Source: Leidyana gryllorum EB-2025a
Taxonomy: Eukaryota; Protista; Apicomplexa
Assembly (NCBI GenBank): GCA_048772705.1
Contig: JBLWGC010000104.1
Location: forward strand, 1,178,001 to 1,242,000
Length of the DNA stretch: 64,000 bases
Direction of reading: 5' to 3'
The position numbers and the translations under genes are program-made. The notes under the pieces are model-generated. The model was not told the origin of the DNA. It did not search any database and saw only the letters and a list, made by a program, of their open reading frames with translations. Positions 1-11,671 of this stretch are shown here, piece by piece. Position 1 is the stretch's first letter. Every line of letters begins with the position of its first letter.

Positions 1-497
1 GGTCCACAGGACCTTTCAATTCTGGGGAGGAACCTGAATCGGTGCCTCCTGATAGACGACTTGCCAGACACCTCTGTCCTTCAACCGACCAATGTATGGC
101 CAATTATGCCTTACTCCAAATCTTTGAGGTGTGGTGCGGTTAGCAATGTGGTGGGGCGTCGTCTTCAGGAGGCCCGGTTCAGGAAGTTCTGTGCTCCGGT
201 GGTGTTGTCGCCGTCGTTGTCGGGGTTGCAGCGTTCAGTCATGGGTGTTCAGCAACCAGACTACGCATTTCTCAACCTTTTCGCTCTCGTCAAGCTCCTC
301 TTGCGGAGCGGTCTGGACGTACCGACATTCACTCAAAGGTTCCCGGTAAGTCTTTTGCACCATGCTGCACCATGGGCACAATCACTTGACAGAAGGAGGT
401 CCGCTCGGCGCTAACAACTCAAACATCCAAATTGTGGCTTCCCAACCACAAACCAGAGGAAAACAAAGGTTGTCCGACCCCAAACGCGCAAAGATAA
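1..497 (+). CDS. FCP1/SCP (NIF/HAD family) phosphatase-like protein, 3' part; gene starts upstream of the window
   Basis: Frame 1 reads DLSILGRNLNRCLLIDDLPDTSVLQPTNVWPIMPY, matching the NIF C-terminal motif KDLSxLGRDLxxxxIVDNxPxxxxxxPxNxxPI. An intron starts GTAAGT at ~346 and ends CAG at ~392. The last exon ends with TAA at 495-497. Confidence 0.7.
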
Positions 498-811
498 ATA
501 TTGTCCGGCTCACACCAATCAAACCAAGATACGGATCTCTTTCTCCTGCTTGGCTCGCTGTCTTTCTCCCGGGGTGTGGAATCGAAACAGCGCGGAGATA
601 TATTGCTGCTTGTGCGGTCGGTGTGGTGCCGCTTTCCTACTCACTCATCCCCCTTCTCTCTCACTCTTTCACTCGAATTGCACAATTTATGTTGACAGAG
701 GTGCGCGCGTCACCTGCCCGCTGCTGCACTCTGCTTTCTTCTGCTCTCTATACGAGACTCTTCTAGCGCGTTCAGTACAAATCTTGAGACTTACTAAAAA
801 ATTATACGGCT

Positions 812-3016
812 ATGGAGGCAAAAGGGCTCTTAAATGCGAGGCTCAATACTGCTCTCCTGTTGCTTAAGGGAGCTGTAGTCTCGGGACTTGGTCTACGTCT
901 GGGTCGCAGTGTACAACGAATCAAGCAAGGCAAAAATGGCAAAGCTTCTCTCATCTTCGGACGTCTGCCCGGAGAAGAGAATGCGCCTTCTCTTGATCAG
1001 CAAGAAGAGATCGCTCACACCCTGAGAGCGATGGTAAGCTCTCACTTCCTTGATCTAAAGTCGTAGTGTCTGTATGCCATGGGTGTGTGGCCAGGTGTGC
1101 GAGTCTCTCTGTGGCGTGTGTGGAGTGTGTGAAGAAGTGTGGCTGTGAATTGATGTGTTTGTTTCTCTCGGTAGATTGCGGAGAATGCCACGGTGCATGT
1201 GATGTTGGTGGAGAGGGGATTGGCGGAGGAACACTACGGCGAGGCAATGCTGGATGAGAGTGGCATTCCGAACACTCTCACCCAGCTGCGGATAGTTTAC
1301 ATATCCAACTTTGTTCTTGCCGCGTGTGGACGAGTTTATCTTACTTCTACTGGTGCTGTTGGGGTTGTGGAGTCACTGAGCTTTGAGCACGACGCTGATA
1401 AAGGTACATTGGAGGTTTCGATCAAGATCGCGGTCGAATATCCTGCAAGCATTGGCTGCGAAGCCGCTGCAACTCCAGCCGAAATGATAACTGCCGCTGA
1501 GGGACTTCCGAAATTGAGGGATTTGGTGAGCGAGAGTACTCAGGAGTTCATTCTCGGCGCGGCTCATCATGCTGGAGATGTCGCTCCAGGTGACGACGTA
1601 GTAACACCTTGGACGGTTCAAGCTGGCTCGAAGGGGGTGGACTACGACAAGTTGGTTATCAGATTTGGTTGTCAAAAGTTGTCCTCGGCGCTGCTTGAAA
1701 GATTTGAACGCGCTACGGGCCGTAGAGCCCATCATCTCATACGACGCGGACTCTTTTTTGCACACCGAGATCTCGAGGCCATCTGTGAAGCCAAAGAGAA
1801 AGGCCTTCCTTTGTACCTCTACACTGGAAGGGGACCTTCATCCGAGGCTCTTCATGTTGGTCATCTTATTCCTTTCATCATTAACAAATGGCTTCAAGAG
1901 GCGCTGGATTGTCCACTTGTCATCCAGCTGACCGATGATGAAAAGTTCTTGTTCGGTCAGAATAAGCCTCTTGAAGAGTACCACCGACTGGGCTATGAAA
2001 ATGCCAAAGATATCCTTGCCATGGGATTCAATTTGGAGAAAACCTTTATCTTCCGCAGTAAGTGTAGATGATCACGGCGTGCCACCAAGCTCACCTGTGC
2101 AAAGTGGTGGTGGACCATGTGCACACCCTTATGTGGATATGCAAGTTCTGGGTTGCTAGAGGATGTGACCATGTGCATGTTGCAATTCGGGGATTTGCAT
2201 TGTCCACAATGGGTGGCCCGAAATCTGTCGATTTTATCGCAATATCGTCGATCTGTTTGCAGACTTGGATTACATCAAGTATTTGTATCCAACTATCTTG
2301 AAGATTCAGAAGAAAACGACTTTGTCACAAGTGAAGGGTATATTTGGCTTTGGGGAGTCGGATAACATCGGGAAAGTGATGTTTCCGGGCGTTCAGGCTT
2401 CTCCAAGTTTCCCTAGTTGCTTCCCGGGGATCTTTGGAGAGTCTCCGTCGAAGCCCATTCGCTGTTTGATACCATGTGCAATAGATCAGGACCCGTATTT
2501 CCGAATGACGCGGGACGTGGCACCGCGCTTGGGATTCCTGAAGCCCTCCTTACTTTTATCGAAATTCATTCCTGCTTTACAGGGGAGCCAAACAAAAATG
2601 TCGGGAAGTGCAGTTGCATCGGCAATAATGATTACAGACACTGCCGAGACTATCAAGAATAAGATCAATAAACACGCGTTCAGCGGCGGAGGGGACACCA
2701 TTGACGAACATCGGGCTAAAGGGGCTAATCTGGAAGTGGATGTGGCCTATCAGTACCTCACTTTCTTCCTCGAAGACGATGAGGAACTGGAGAGAATTGG
2801 TAAGCGGTCAACCCAACCACCGTTTTTCAACTGCTGCTTCCAGGTCAATTATACTCCAGTGGTCAGATGCTCACTGGGGAAGTGAAAGCGCGCCTGGCTG
2901 AAGTGTTGACCGAACTGATTGGCGAGCATACCAGACGGCGGGCTGAGCTTACAGACGAAATAGTGGCTGCTGCCTTCAATCCAGACAGACCTTCGCTCCG
3001 GGAACGATATGAATAA
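812..3016 (+). CDS. WARS: Cytosolic tryptophanyl-tRNA synthetase with N-terminal AlaX-like extension (4 exons: ~812-1033, ~1175-2057, ~2263-2799, ~2844-3016)
   Basis: Contains VVTPWTV...[22 protein letters not shown] (HIGH), [24 protein letters not shown] (KMSKS), [10 protein letters not shown] and MLTGEVK. GT-AG introns restore the frame. Confidence 0.95.
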
Positions 3017-3071
3017 ATGTCAATTTACTGATATCATGTGCGACAGTCGATCGAGATGACACGTTCCCGCT

Positions 3072-4076
3072 TTACAACTCTTCCCATACTTCCGTGTGCC
3101 CACATTTCAAACATTTCTACAAAGAAGAAACACGTGACCAAAAGGTGTGGACCGGGGTGTGCGACGGGGTGTGTGACAGGGTGTGCAACAAGGTGTGCAA
3201 CGGGGTGTGCGACAGGGTGTGCAACAAGGTGTGCGACGGGGTGTGTGACAGGGTGTGCGACAGGGTGTGCGACGGGGTGTGCGACGGGGTGTGCGACGGG
3301 GTGTGCGACGGGGTGTGCGACGGGGTGTGCGACGGGGTGTGCGACGGGGTGTGCGACGGGGGGTGTGTTACACTAGGGGAGCACAGGTGACAAACACTTT
3401 TCCTCTTAAAAGTGGAACGCGAAAATGTAACAGTCGGGTAATTGCCCACCTTGGAATGTAAATCGCCCACGATCTCCACTGGGGTCCATTCAAGGTGCCC
3501 ACATATGGATAGGCGGGGAGGGGGCAGATTATCGCTTTTTCTCTTCTTCTTAGCTGGCTGAGCACTCGAGGAGGTCGCGGAGGAGCCCGTAAGAAGTTCG
3601 TTTCGCCTCTGTTTTCGTTCATCCCGACGGGCTTGGAAGTCTTCGAGACTCCCATATTTTGCGGCGCAAAGCTCTTCGAGCTGAAAGCGGTAGTACAGCT
3701 TCATGTTGTTCTCGTAGCCTCTAGGATTGCGTTTCTCCTCGACGAGGAGAGTGTTCTTCTTGACTGCCCTTTTCAATTCATCCGTATTGATACCATACTG
3801 TTGCGAAACACCGGTTTGTGGGATTGTCTCATAGTACTGGGGTCGGGCCTTGGCGCAATCGTAGCAGGTGGCATGGTTGCAGGAAAGGTACTTGCGGACC
3901 AGATTGGCGATGGTTCCACACCACCTGCATTTGGGAAGAACGACGGATTGTTGTAAGTCCTCTTCTTCTGGGAATCCTTCAGCTATGTCAGGTTTTATTA
4001 TAGTCGGGTTGGTGGTGGAATCGTTGTTCGTGGAAAGTTGGATGTCCTCATCCTCCAGATCGGACAACCCAGCCAT
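3072..4076 (-). CDS. XPA: XPA/Rad14 nucleotide-excision-repair protein (exons 4076-3450 and 3116-3072)
   Basis: Has a C4 zinc finger (CRWC...CYDC) and the XPA core KRNPRGYENNMKLYYRFQLEELCAAKYGSLE. Splicing the 3117-3449 intron gives the typical terminal H..KKCLKCGHTEVWEEL* motif. Confidence 0.9.
3153..3368. repeat. 12-bp minisatellite (GGGGTGTGCGAC, ~17 copies with variants such as AGGGTGTGCAAC) inside the XPA intron
   Basis: Directly visible tandem array with the most homogeneous copies at the 3' end. Confidence 0.95.
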
Positions 4077-4113
4077 GTCTGGACCAAAAAAAAACACAAA
4101 GGGCACAGCTCAC

Positions 4114-5326
4114 TCAATCCGTTGGCACGAAGGGCACCATGTCCACCTCGCTGGCCTTGAAAGGGCACCTTGTCATTTGACCTGTCAAAATGTATTTCGG
4201 ACCATTCAGAAACCCTTACCTCCTTCTAACCCTCCGGCACAGGTTATCTGGCCGGTGGTGCGGTCAAGTTTCAGGCCCGGTCGCCGTTTGCAGCTCGGAC
4301 ACTGAAAGCAGAGTCATCACAGACAGGACACGGGCGTGCAACCAGTCAACAAGATGGTGCACAACGGTGAAAACTTACTGCAGGAAGAGCACCAATTACC
4401 ATGCACTCGGCCACTCGCTCAAGCAACTCATCTTTGCGGCCGACCTGCCGTTGTTCGTTCTTCTTCAGGATTGATCGCAACTGGGAGACAGTGTAATTGA
4501 AGGTGCGGAGTTCTACCACCTGGTCTTTGACGGCCTGTTGTTTCTCTTCATCGAGATAGGGAGCAGAGTATTCTTGGGGAGGAGCCGGTGCAGTCTTCGG
4601 CTTCTTGCTGGTTTCGTTAGACTCCGATGGGGACTCAGCCGATTTCCGCTTCGCCCCAGATTTCACTCCGTTCTTGACTTTATTCTTCACCTCTTCAAGT
4701 AGCTCACTAATCTCAGCTTTAACATTCAGCTCTGGATCATTGATTTCATCTACCCCCTCAAAGTCTTCAACACTGGGACAATTTGAATTCCACCAGGCGG
4801 GGGTCTTCCGGAACTGCTGCACGCAGTCAGCTTTCATGTGGTACCACTTAGGCGCTTCCTGCATCGAGAAAACATTACTCAGCAGCACATGCGTATATCC
4901 GGGGACAACAATGGCAAACCCTCAACCATTACTCTGGACACCCGTACGTATACGGAGATACGTGCCAGGCAGGAACTACCCCGCCAAAGGAGACACACAC
5001 AGAGCCAAATTCACACTCACACACACTCACACACATTCAGACTCAGACTCACACACACTATCTCACACACACACACGCCGAACTAGTGTCAGGTCAGGTC
5101 GGGTAGGTGAAGGGGGGGAGGGGGTGGAGGGGGTCTGGGGGTCTGGGGGTCATAAACTTACAGCCATGTGTCGGTTAGGGTTTTCGTTCTCCTCTCCACC
5201 CGAACCAAGGTCGAGGCGGATGCCAATCCGGAGGGCGTTCTTGACAATGACGTCCCCACATCCTTTGCACTTGGCTCGGCCTGACTTGGCTTTCTCAATG
5301 GTATAAATGTAAGACCCCTGAGACAT
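4114..5326 (-). CDS. PARP-type zinc finger + PADR1 (Zn3-like) domain protein lacking WGR and catalytic domains
   Basis: Exon 1 IEKAKSGRAKCKGC...KNALRIG plus exon 2 KWYH..C form a zf-PARP. YTVSQLRSILKKNEQRQVGRKDELLERVAECMVIGALP-CPSC...TCAGG..GQMTRCPF matches PADR1. The stop TGA is at 4114-4116. Introns at ~4870-5160, ~4304-4378 and 4182-4219. Confidence 0.8.
5007..5150. repeat. CA-rich microsatellite followed by G-run tract (GGGGGTCT repeats) in intron 1 of the PARP-like gene
   Basis: Visible (CA)n and CACT runs, then multiple G4-G7 tracts. Confidence 0.8.
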
Positions 5327-5448
5327 TCTGTGAGGAAGCAAAGAAAGCCTGACTGATTGATTTTTGGGTAGGTCACCCAGAACACGTGAGCGCAGTTAGT
5401 GTTGAACTGCTCTTTACGTCGCACGCATCTCGAATAAAACAGCGGACA

Positions 5449-8002
5449 ATGTCATCCTCCTCGATTCCCAGCTTTGCCAGACCCAAACAGAGCTCGGCGA
5501 CACGCTCTCGTGTCCAGCAAACGCGTACCACTATCCCTACTAATGCAGCGCCGCACCGCACACCTGCCACATTACCATCCTCCACGTCTGCTGGCGGACG
5601 GGGTGGGCCTGGCTCGTCGACAGCCACGACGGCGGCGATTGCTCGGAAGTCCACGTGTAAACTGACGCCGAAAGCCACCTTTCTCAGTGTTCCTGCCAAT
5701 TCCAATACCAACACCAACACGACTACGGACGCCAAAGAGCGCCTCTCAACCCTGACATCCACTGAACAGCGAGGCCCTGTAGCCTCCTTTCAGCGTCCCA
5801 TTGGATTCCCTCGTACTACCAAACACCCGACTCCCACTCCCTCTCCCACTCCAACGCCTGCCAAACAGCGCCCCTCTTTCCTCTCTGGGACGAGCCGCAC
5901 TCCGGTGCTTGCTCGAACTTCGACGACGCTCTACCAGAATCAGAACCAGAAAAGTGCCCTTCGCCGCCCAACTAATCCCAATGTCGCTACCGGTCCTCAC
6001 ACCACCACCACCACTCACCCCGCTTCTAATTCCAATGCAAATCAAAAGCCGCCGCCCCGTGATGCCCTGCCACCCGCGGCCAAGCCAACTGCTGCTGCGG
6101 TGGTTCCACCGACCGAGTCTATCCTCGATCGCACTTGGAATGATCTGCGTCTCCCCACCTCCCCGCGCTCCAATGGCACCTTCTATATAGCACCGAATAG
6201 CGCCCGAGATCGCAGGACGCCCACGTTAGGTGGGATCGATCACGATGACGAGGACGACCGTCCCGCCACCACTGGAGACGACCGCTCAGCGACGGAGACA
6301 GTTGACCAGGAACTCGTACTCGAACGCGATCAGAGTGCCTGCACTCCTCTATTACAGCCAATTCACCCCTCAAGACTCTCCGTAGCTCACGAATTGGCCT
6401 CTATGCCCATTGTCGAACAACCCTTCGCAACCCCTGCTGCTCCCAGACTCCATACGAACCTGTTGCAACAGCAGCCGGAATGCTACTATACTCCCCTCGC
6501 GCCCCCCGAGACATCGTCTGCATTAATGGCTAAGGGGAGATTGAGCTTGGGACCCAATCCGCCCCACAAACAAGACGGATCCACCTGTGTTGTTGCGCTC
6601 TCTCCCGAGAATCTAAAGCCCCGAAACGTTGAACTACCAGCTTCTGGCGCCACCTGCTTTGTTCTGTCGCGCAGTGCAAAACGAAAGGTACGTTGAGCCT
6701 CCCCGTGTGGAGGGTGTGTGTGTGTGTGTGTGTGGGTGTGGGAATAATAATATATGATGCCCCGTCTCCCCCACTTGTGTGTTACGTCTCAATGAAAGTA
6801 ATGGTTAGGGATCGAACGCCGAGTGCTTCAGTGTCTCTCGACGGTCACGAAGATCGCTGTCCAGGCATAGGAAGCCGTTGAATGACTCGATCCTGAGCAT
6901 TGCCCCGTCACCCCGATCATTGGTCGCTCAGATGCAAGAGGATCCAGAGTTACGAGAGCTGGTAGCTGGCCATGAAGTGATCATTCCTGATACCCTCGCG
7001 CATCAAGCGCTCATGGGATCAGATGGAGGGACGATACACGCCACTCGGAAGCGCGGACGCACGGTAATCCGAATGGCCGGGGAGTTGGACATGCGCCAGT
7101 TGGAGAAAGAGTATGTTACCACGAGTGCGTCGCCCAAGGCACTGAAGATGACAGATATGTCCTATATGATGGTCACCGAGACGAGCGGAGCACAGAGCGA
7201 CGTGTCGGAAGACCCAACCAGTAGTTCAAATGTGCTGAAAGGGCGGGCCGGTGGGTTGGGGTTGCGTGGCGTCGGTCACCGCCAAGAGAGCGAAGTCGGA
7301 GTCTTCATCCCACCTCCATCGGAATGTAAGCGCGAAGAGGACGACGTGGGGGAGGAGGAGGAGGAGGCAGAAGAGGGGTCGGCTTTCCCCACTATCCGTC
7401 TGAAACCCCCACAGGAAAGGGGAGGAGTGCTTTCAGTGACACCAATGGCGGCAGTTACAGAAGTACCATTGATGATGGAACGCGCGGAGACAAGCCCGGC
7501 GGCTGGATCTGTGGCATCCTGGATGCGGTACGATGTGAGTCCGATGGATTCCCAGTTGCCTCCGTCGACGGAAGCGGCTTCAACGAGTGCAGAGGAGTGT
7601 GGGGGGACAGCGGCGACGCCGCTGTTGCAGGCATCGAAGCGTGTGGACTCGCTGCCTATTCGAGAGCGATCCCCTGCGACTCGTATGAATGTGAAGATGA
7701 AGAGCCGCACTCCGCCTCCTCGAGCCCGAACAATGGATTTCCGGGTGGGAGGCAGAAAAGGCTCGTCGCCGCAGAGGGGAGGAGGAGGAGAAGTGACTTC
7801 GACATCGGATGACAACGCGACTCCCAATACATCATATATGTTGAAAAGGTTGGCCCAACACAGTCGAGATATGCGGGGGGCAACTCCAATCATGTTACGC
7901 GGGGAGACGATGCGAAGTAGTCCGGAAACAACGAGTGTTGGAGGACGACAAAGTCGTCCACCATTGTCATCGCGTAAATCATTAGCTTCCCTACGTCAAT
8001 AG
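5449..8002 (+). CDS. Hypothetical intrinsically disordered S/T/P/R-rich protein (2 exons; intron ~6688-6870 containing (GT)n)
   Basis: Two long ORFs (436 and 374 aa) are separated by GTACGT...TAG. No recognisable domain. Confidence 0.6.
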
Positions 8003-8042
8003 ATAGTTAGAAGGAAATTCAAAATTTGTTCCACGAATATAT

Positions 8043-11000
8043 ATGTCGGGTGGAATAGGGACTGGACGAATCACCCATGCGTTCGCGTCAGTCACTAGCG
8101 GACTGAGCAGTGTCATCACATCTGGCAAGTTGCCGAAGAATGGAGATGGAAAGCTCTTCAATAGCTCCAAACGGAGTGAAGTAAGCGGTTTGCAGTCACC
8201 GCGTGTACAATGACTGCAGGTTGCAGACCTCAAGACGATGCTCAATGCCCCGGCGAGAGAGAAGAAAAAGTCGGCAGTCAAGAAGGTCATTGCTTCTATG
8301 ACACAGGGACGAGATGTCTCTTCGCTGTTCCCCGAGATGGTCAACTGTATGCAAACGACGAATCTCGAACTCAAGAAACTTGTCTATTTATACGTTATCA
8401 ACTTTGCCAGAACTCGACCTGATCTGGCTATCCTCGCTGTCAACACTTTCCGAAAAGACACTATGGATGCGAGTCCCCTCGTCAGGTAAATATTCTAACC
8501 GCTTGTTGAGGGCGAGCTCTCCAATTCAACTCCCACACCCCCAATTTCAGAGCCCTGGCGATCCGGACAATGGGCTGTATCCGACTGAAGCAGATGGTGG
8601 AATACTTGGTGGAACCACTCAAGAGGCTCTGCAGAGACTCGGATCCGTACGTACGGAAAACCGCTGCAATTTGCGTCGGAAAGCTATACGGTGAGTCGCG
8701 TCCGCCGACCGCGCCTGAGAAATGGTGGTTCCACAGAGACATCCCCAAAGGCCGCTGAGGAACACGAGTTCATTGACCTGTTGAAATGTAAGTCGGAGAC
8801 ATTGTTTCCTTCACATCGTCCGCACGCAGCCATGTTATCTGACGGGAATCCGATGGTTGTAGTGAATGTGGTGGCGACTTTGGATGAGATCTCCAGTGTC
8901 AGCGAGACTGACCATCTCGATTTCAATCCGGAAACCATCGCTAAACTCATGGTGGCGCTGCCAGATTGCTCTGAATGGGGACAGGTCATTCTACTTGACG
9001 CTATCGCCAAGTGGTATAAACCGTCGTCCGAGAGGGAGGCAGAACAGATCATTGATCGTCTGACCAGCCGACTGAACCACGCGAATCCCGGAGGTAATTT
9101 AACCTTTGTGTCGATCAATCGATCTCATTTCCGATGGATCCTCCCTCATCAGTCATCCTCTCGTGCACTCGACTACTGATCAAATTAGTTCAAATGACAA
9201 AGAACCAAGCTTTGAGCCAAGATACGCTGACAAAGAGGATAGTACCTCCCTTATTATCCTTATTATCCACGGACGTGCCGGAACTACAATTTGTGGTTCT
9301 GAGGAATCTTCAAGTGATTGTACAGAGGTTCCCCCATCTGCTCAACAATGAATGCCGCGTGAGAACAAAAGCGGGGAGACACAGACGTTCATTTCCTTCC
9401 TCAGATGTTCTTTGTTAAGTTTAATGACCCCTGTTATGTCAAGTTTGAGAAAGTGGATCTCTTGGTGCGTTGTGCTACGCCGGCTAACCTCGAGCTGATT
9501 ATGGAGGAATTGACCGAATATGCACAAGAGGTGGATGTCGAGTTTGTCAAACGAAGTCTACGTGGCATTGGACGAGTAGCCATGCGCGTTGATGGCTCGG
9601 TGGAACGAGCACTACGCTCTTTGGTGTCTCTCGCCGAAAGCCGGACCCCTTTCATTATCGAAGAGGTCATTGTGGTCGTTCGAGACATATTCCGCAAATT
9701 CCCCAATAAATACGATAGCGTTCTCTCAACGCTCCTCCCACTCGCGGACAAGGTGGAGGCCACAGAAGCTAAAGGTGCCGTGGTGTGGATGGCTGGCGAA
9801 TATGCAGAACGAATCCCGAACGCCGAAAAGATACTCGCCAGCCATGTCGAAACCTTCACAGACGAAGCACTTGAAGTCCAACTTCAGGTGACTAAATGAC
9901 ACGTTGGCCCGAATTCTGCAACTACAAACGTGTCTCCTCGCAGATTCTTACCGCTGTGATGAAACTGTATTTGAAATTCCCCTCGGTGGCCAAAGATATG
10001 GTATTTAGAGTACTGCAATTGGCCACTGAAGACGTGGATTGTCCTGATCTGCGAGATCGCGCTTTCATCTACTGGCGTATGTTGACAAGCGACGCTCAAC
10101 TGGCTAAGAAAGTGATCTGTGGCCCACGGCCGCCTATCAATATCAGCACCACGGATCTATCAGCTCCACTTTTGAATCGTTTGGTCTCTGAGATCGGTCT
10201 GATGAGTTCTGTATATCACAAACCTCTGGGAGCCTTCTTGCCACTTGGGGGAGCGAGTAACAATAAGCGAGACGATGACTCGGGAATGAGCGAGGACGGG
10301 GAGTCCAACAGAAAGGTCCAACCCCAAGAGATCGCCGCTCGAATGGAAGAGAATGCAAAACGCCGTCCCTATCACTCATCCTCCAGTGGTGGCGAGGAGG
10401 ATGACGACGACGACGCCGATAGGCGTCAGGGGGGCCGTCATCGCCGAGCGCCTTCTTCCTCCTCATCCGCTTCATCGGACGATTCGGGATCCTATTCTAA
10501 CGGCGAAGGCGTCAAGTCTGTGCCAACGGCAGGGTGAGCGACAATACTACAGTGTTGGTTGGGTGAGATCAGATCCTTCGGAGCAGTAATCGTCTGAGTG
10601 CCGGAACGGGAAGCGGGCCTGCGGCTCTCGTGCCCACACGCCCCATACCTCCACGGATTGTCTTCTTGGCACACGAGAATGGCCGAGGTTTGCAGGTGGA
10701 AGGCTGTGTCACCCGAATGAAGGGATCGGCAGTGCTGCTTATGCGTCTGTCCAATCACGGATCAGTCCCACTGAGTCAATTCCGCATCGAGCTGGCGCCC
10801 AATAGTTTTGGGTTCGGGACCACAACACCGCCACTCCTGCAGAGCCTCACTCTCCAGCCGGGCGCGTATGCCAGTAAGTCACCCACATATGCCCACTGAT
10901 GCTGGACAAAAATGACGCAGATATATCTGCTCCCTTGGCTGCGGGTGAGAACGTGAGCTCGCAACCTCCAAGCACTCCTCCCACGCTGATGGCTCGTTTG

Positions 11001-11593
11001 AGTTGTAACCCTATCGGAGACCTGACTTTGACCATTCCTTATGAGTTGATCAACGTGTTTGTCGAGCGTCCCGCAGTGAGCAAAGATGTATTCAAAGAAC
11101 ACTGGACGAGGATCGGAGAGGCGCGTCAGGTGAGGCGAGAAGATTTGCCCCCCTTTGTTTGAATCGTTGATTCTCTATCAGCTGCGCTTTCTGGGCTCCC
11201 TGAATAGTGGAGAACCGGGGGTCGTGGAGGAGATCGGAAAGAAGTTGGCAATGTATAATATACAACTGGTGACCAGTACTCCCACAGCAGGCCGGGTGAG
11301 TTAAGCGTACATTACGTGACGTCAGAGGGACTGGCTATGCTATTTAATTGATCAAATGACTCTCTAATGGCAGACTTCGTTATACCTGTCTGCGGTGACG
11401 ACGAATAACTTGTTGATTTTGTTCGAGGTTGTTTTGCAAGGGTCCGCTCCGGGGATTTGTATTGGTATCCGGACAGATGCGGCAGTTCTGGTATGTCAAC
11501 AATGTCTGATTGTGGTTTGATGGTTGTGATCAGTTGAATCCGGTCGCTCAAAACGTTTGTCGACTCCTGGGAGTGACCCCAAACAAAAAGTAG
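8043..11593 (+). CDS. AP-1/AP-2 complex beta subunit (beta-adaptin), multi-exon, with appendage domain
   Basis: Contains [87 protein letters not shown] and [14 protein letters not shown]. The C-terminal ear exons end in ...GVTPNKK* at 11593. Confidence 0.93.
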
Positions 11594-11671
11594 CTTTCTG
11601 TACGACTTTGTCGTGATGGCAATTTATAATGAAAACGTAACTTTTTTTTTGAGCACTTTCCAACTGTCACA

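Noticed and set aside
3038-3461. ORFs encoding (CATG)n, (VCDG)n and (RRGV)n peptides, and a possible CRISPR-like array
   Set aside because: These are translations of a spacer-less 12-bp minisatellite inside the XPA intron. There are no unique spacers and no cas genes, and the context is eukaryotic.
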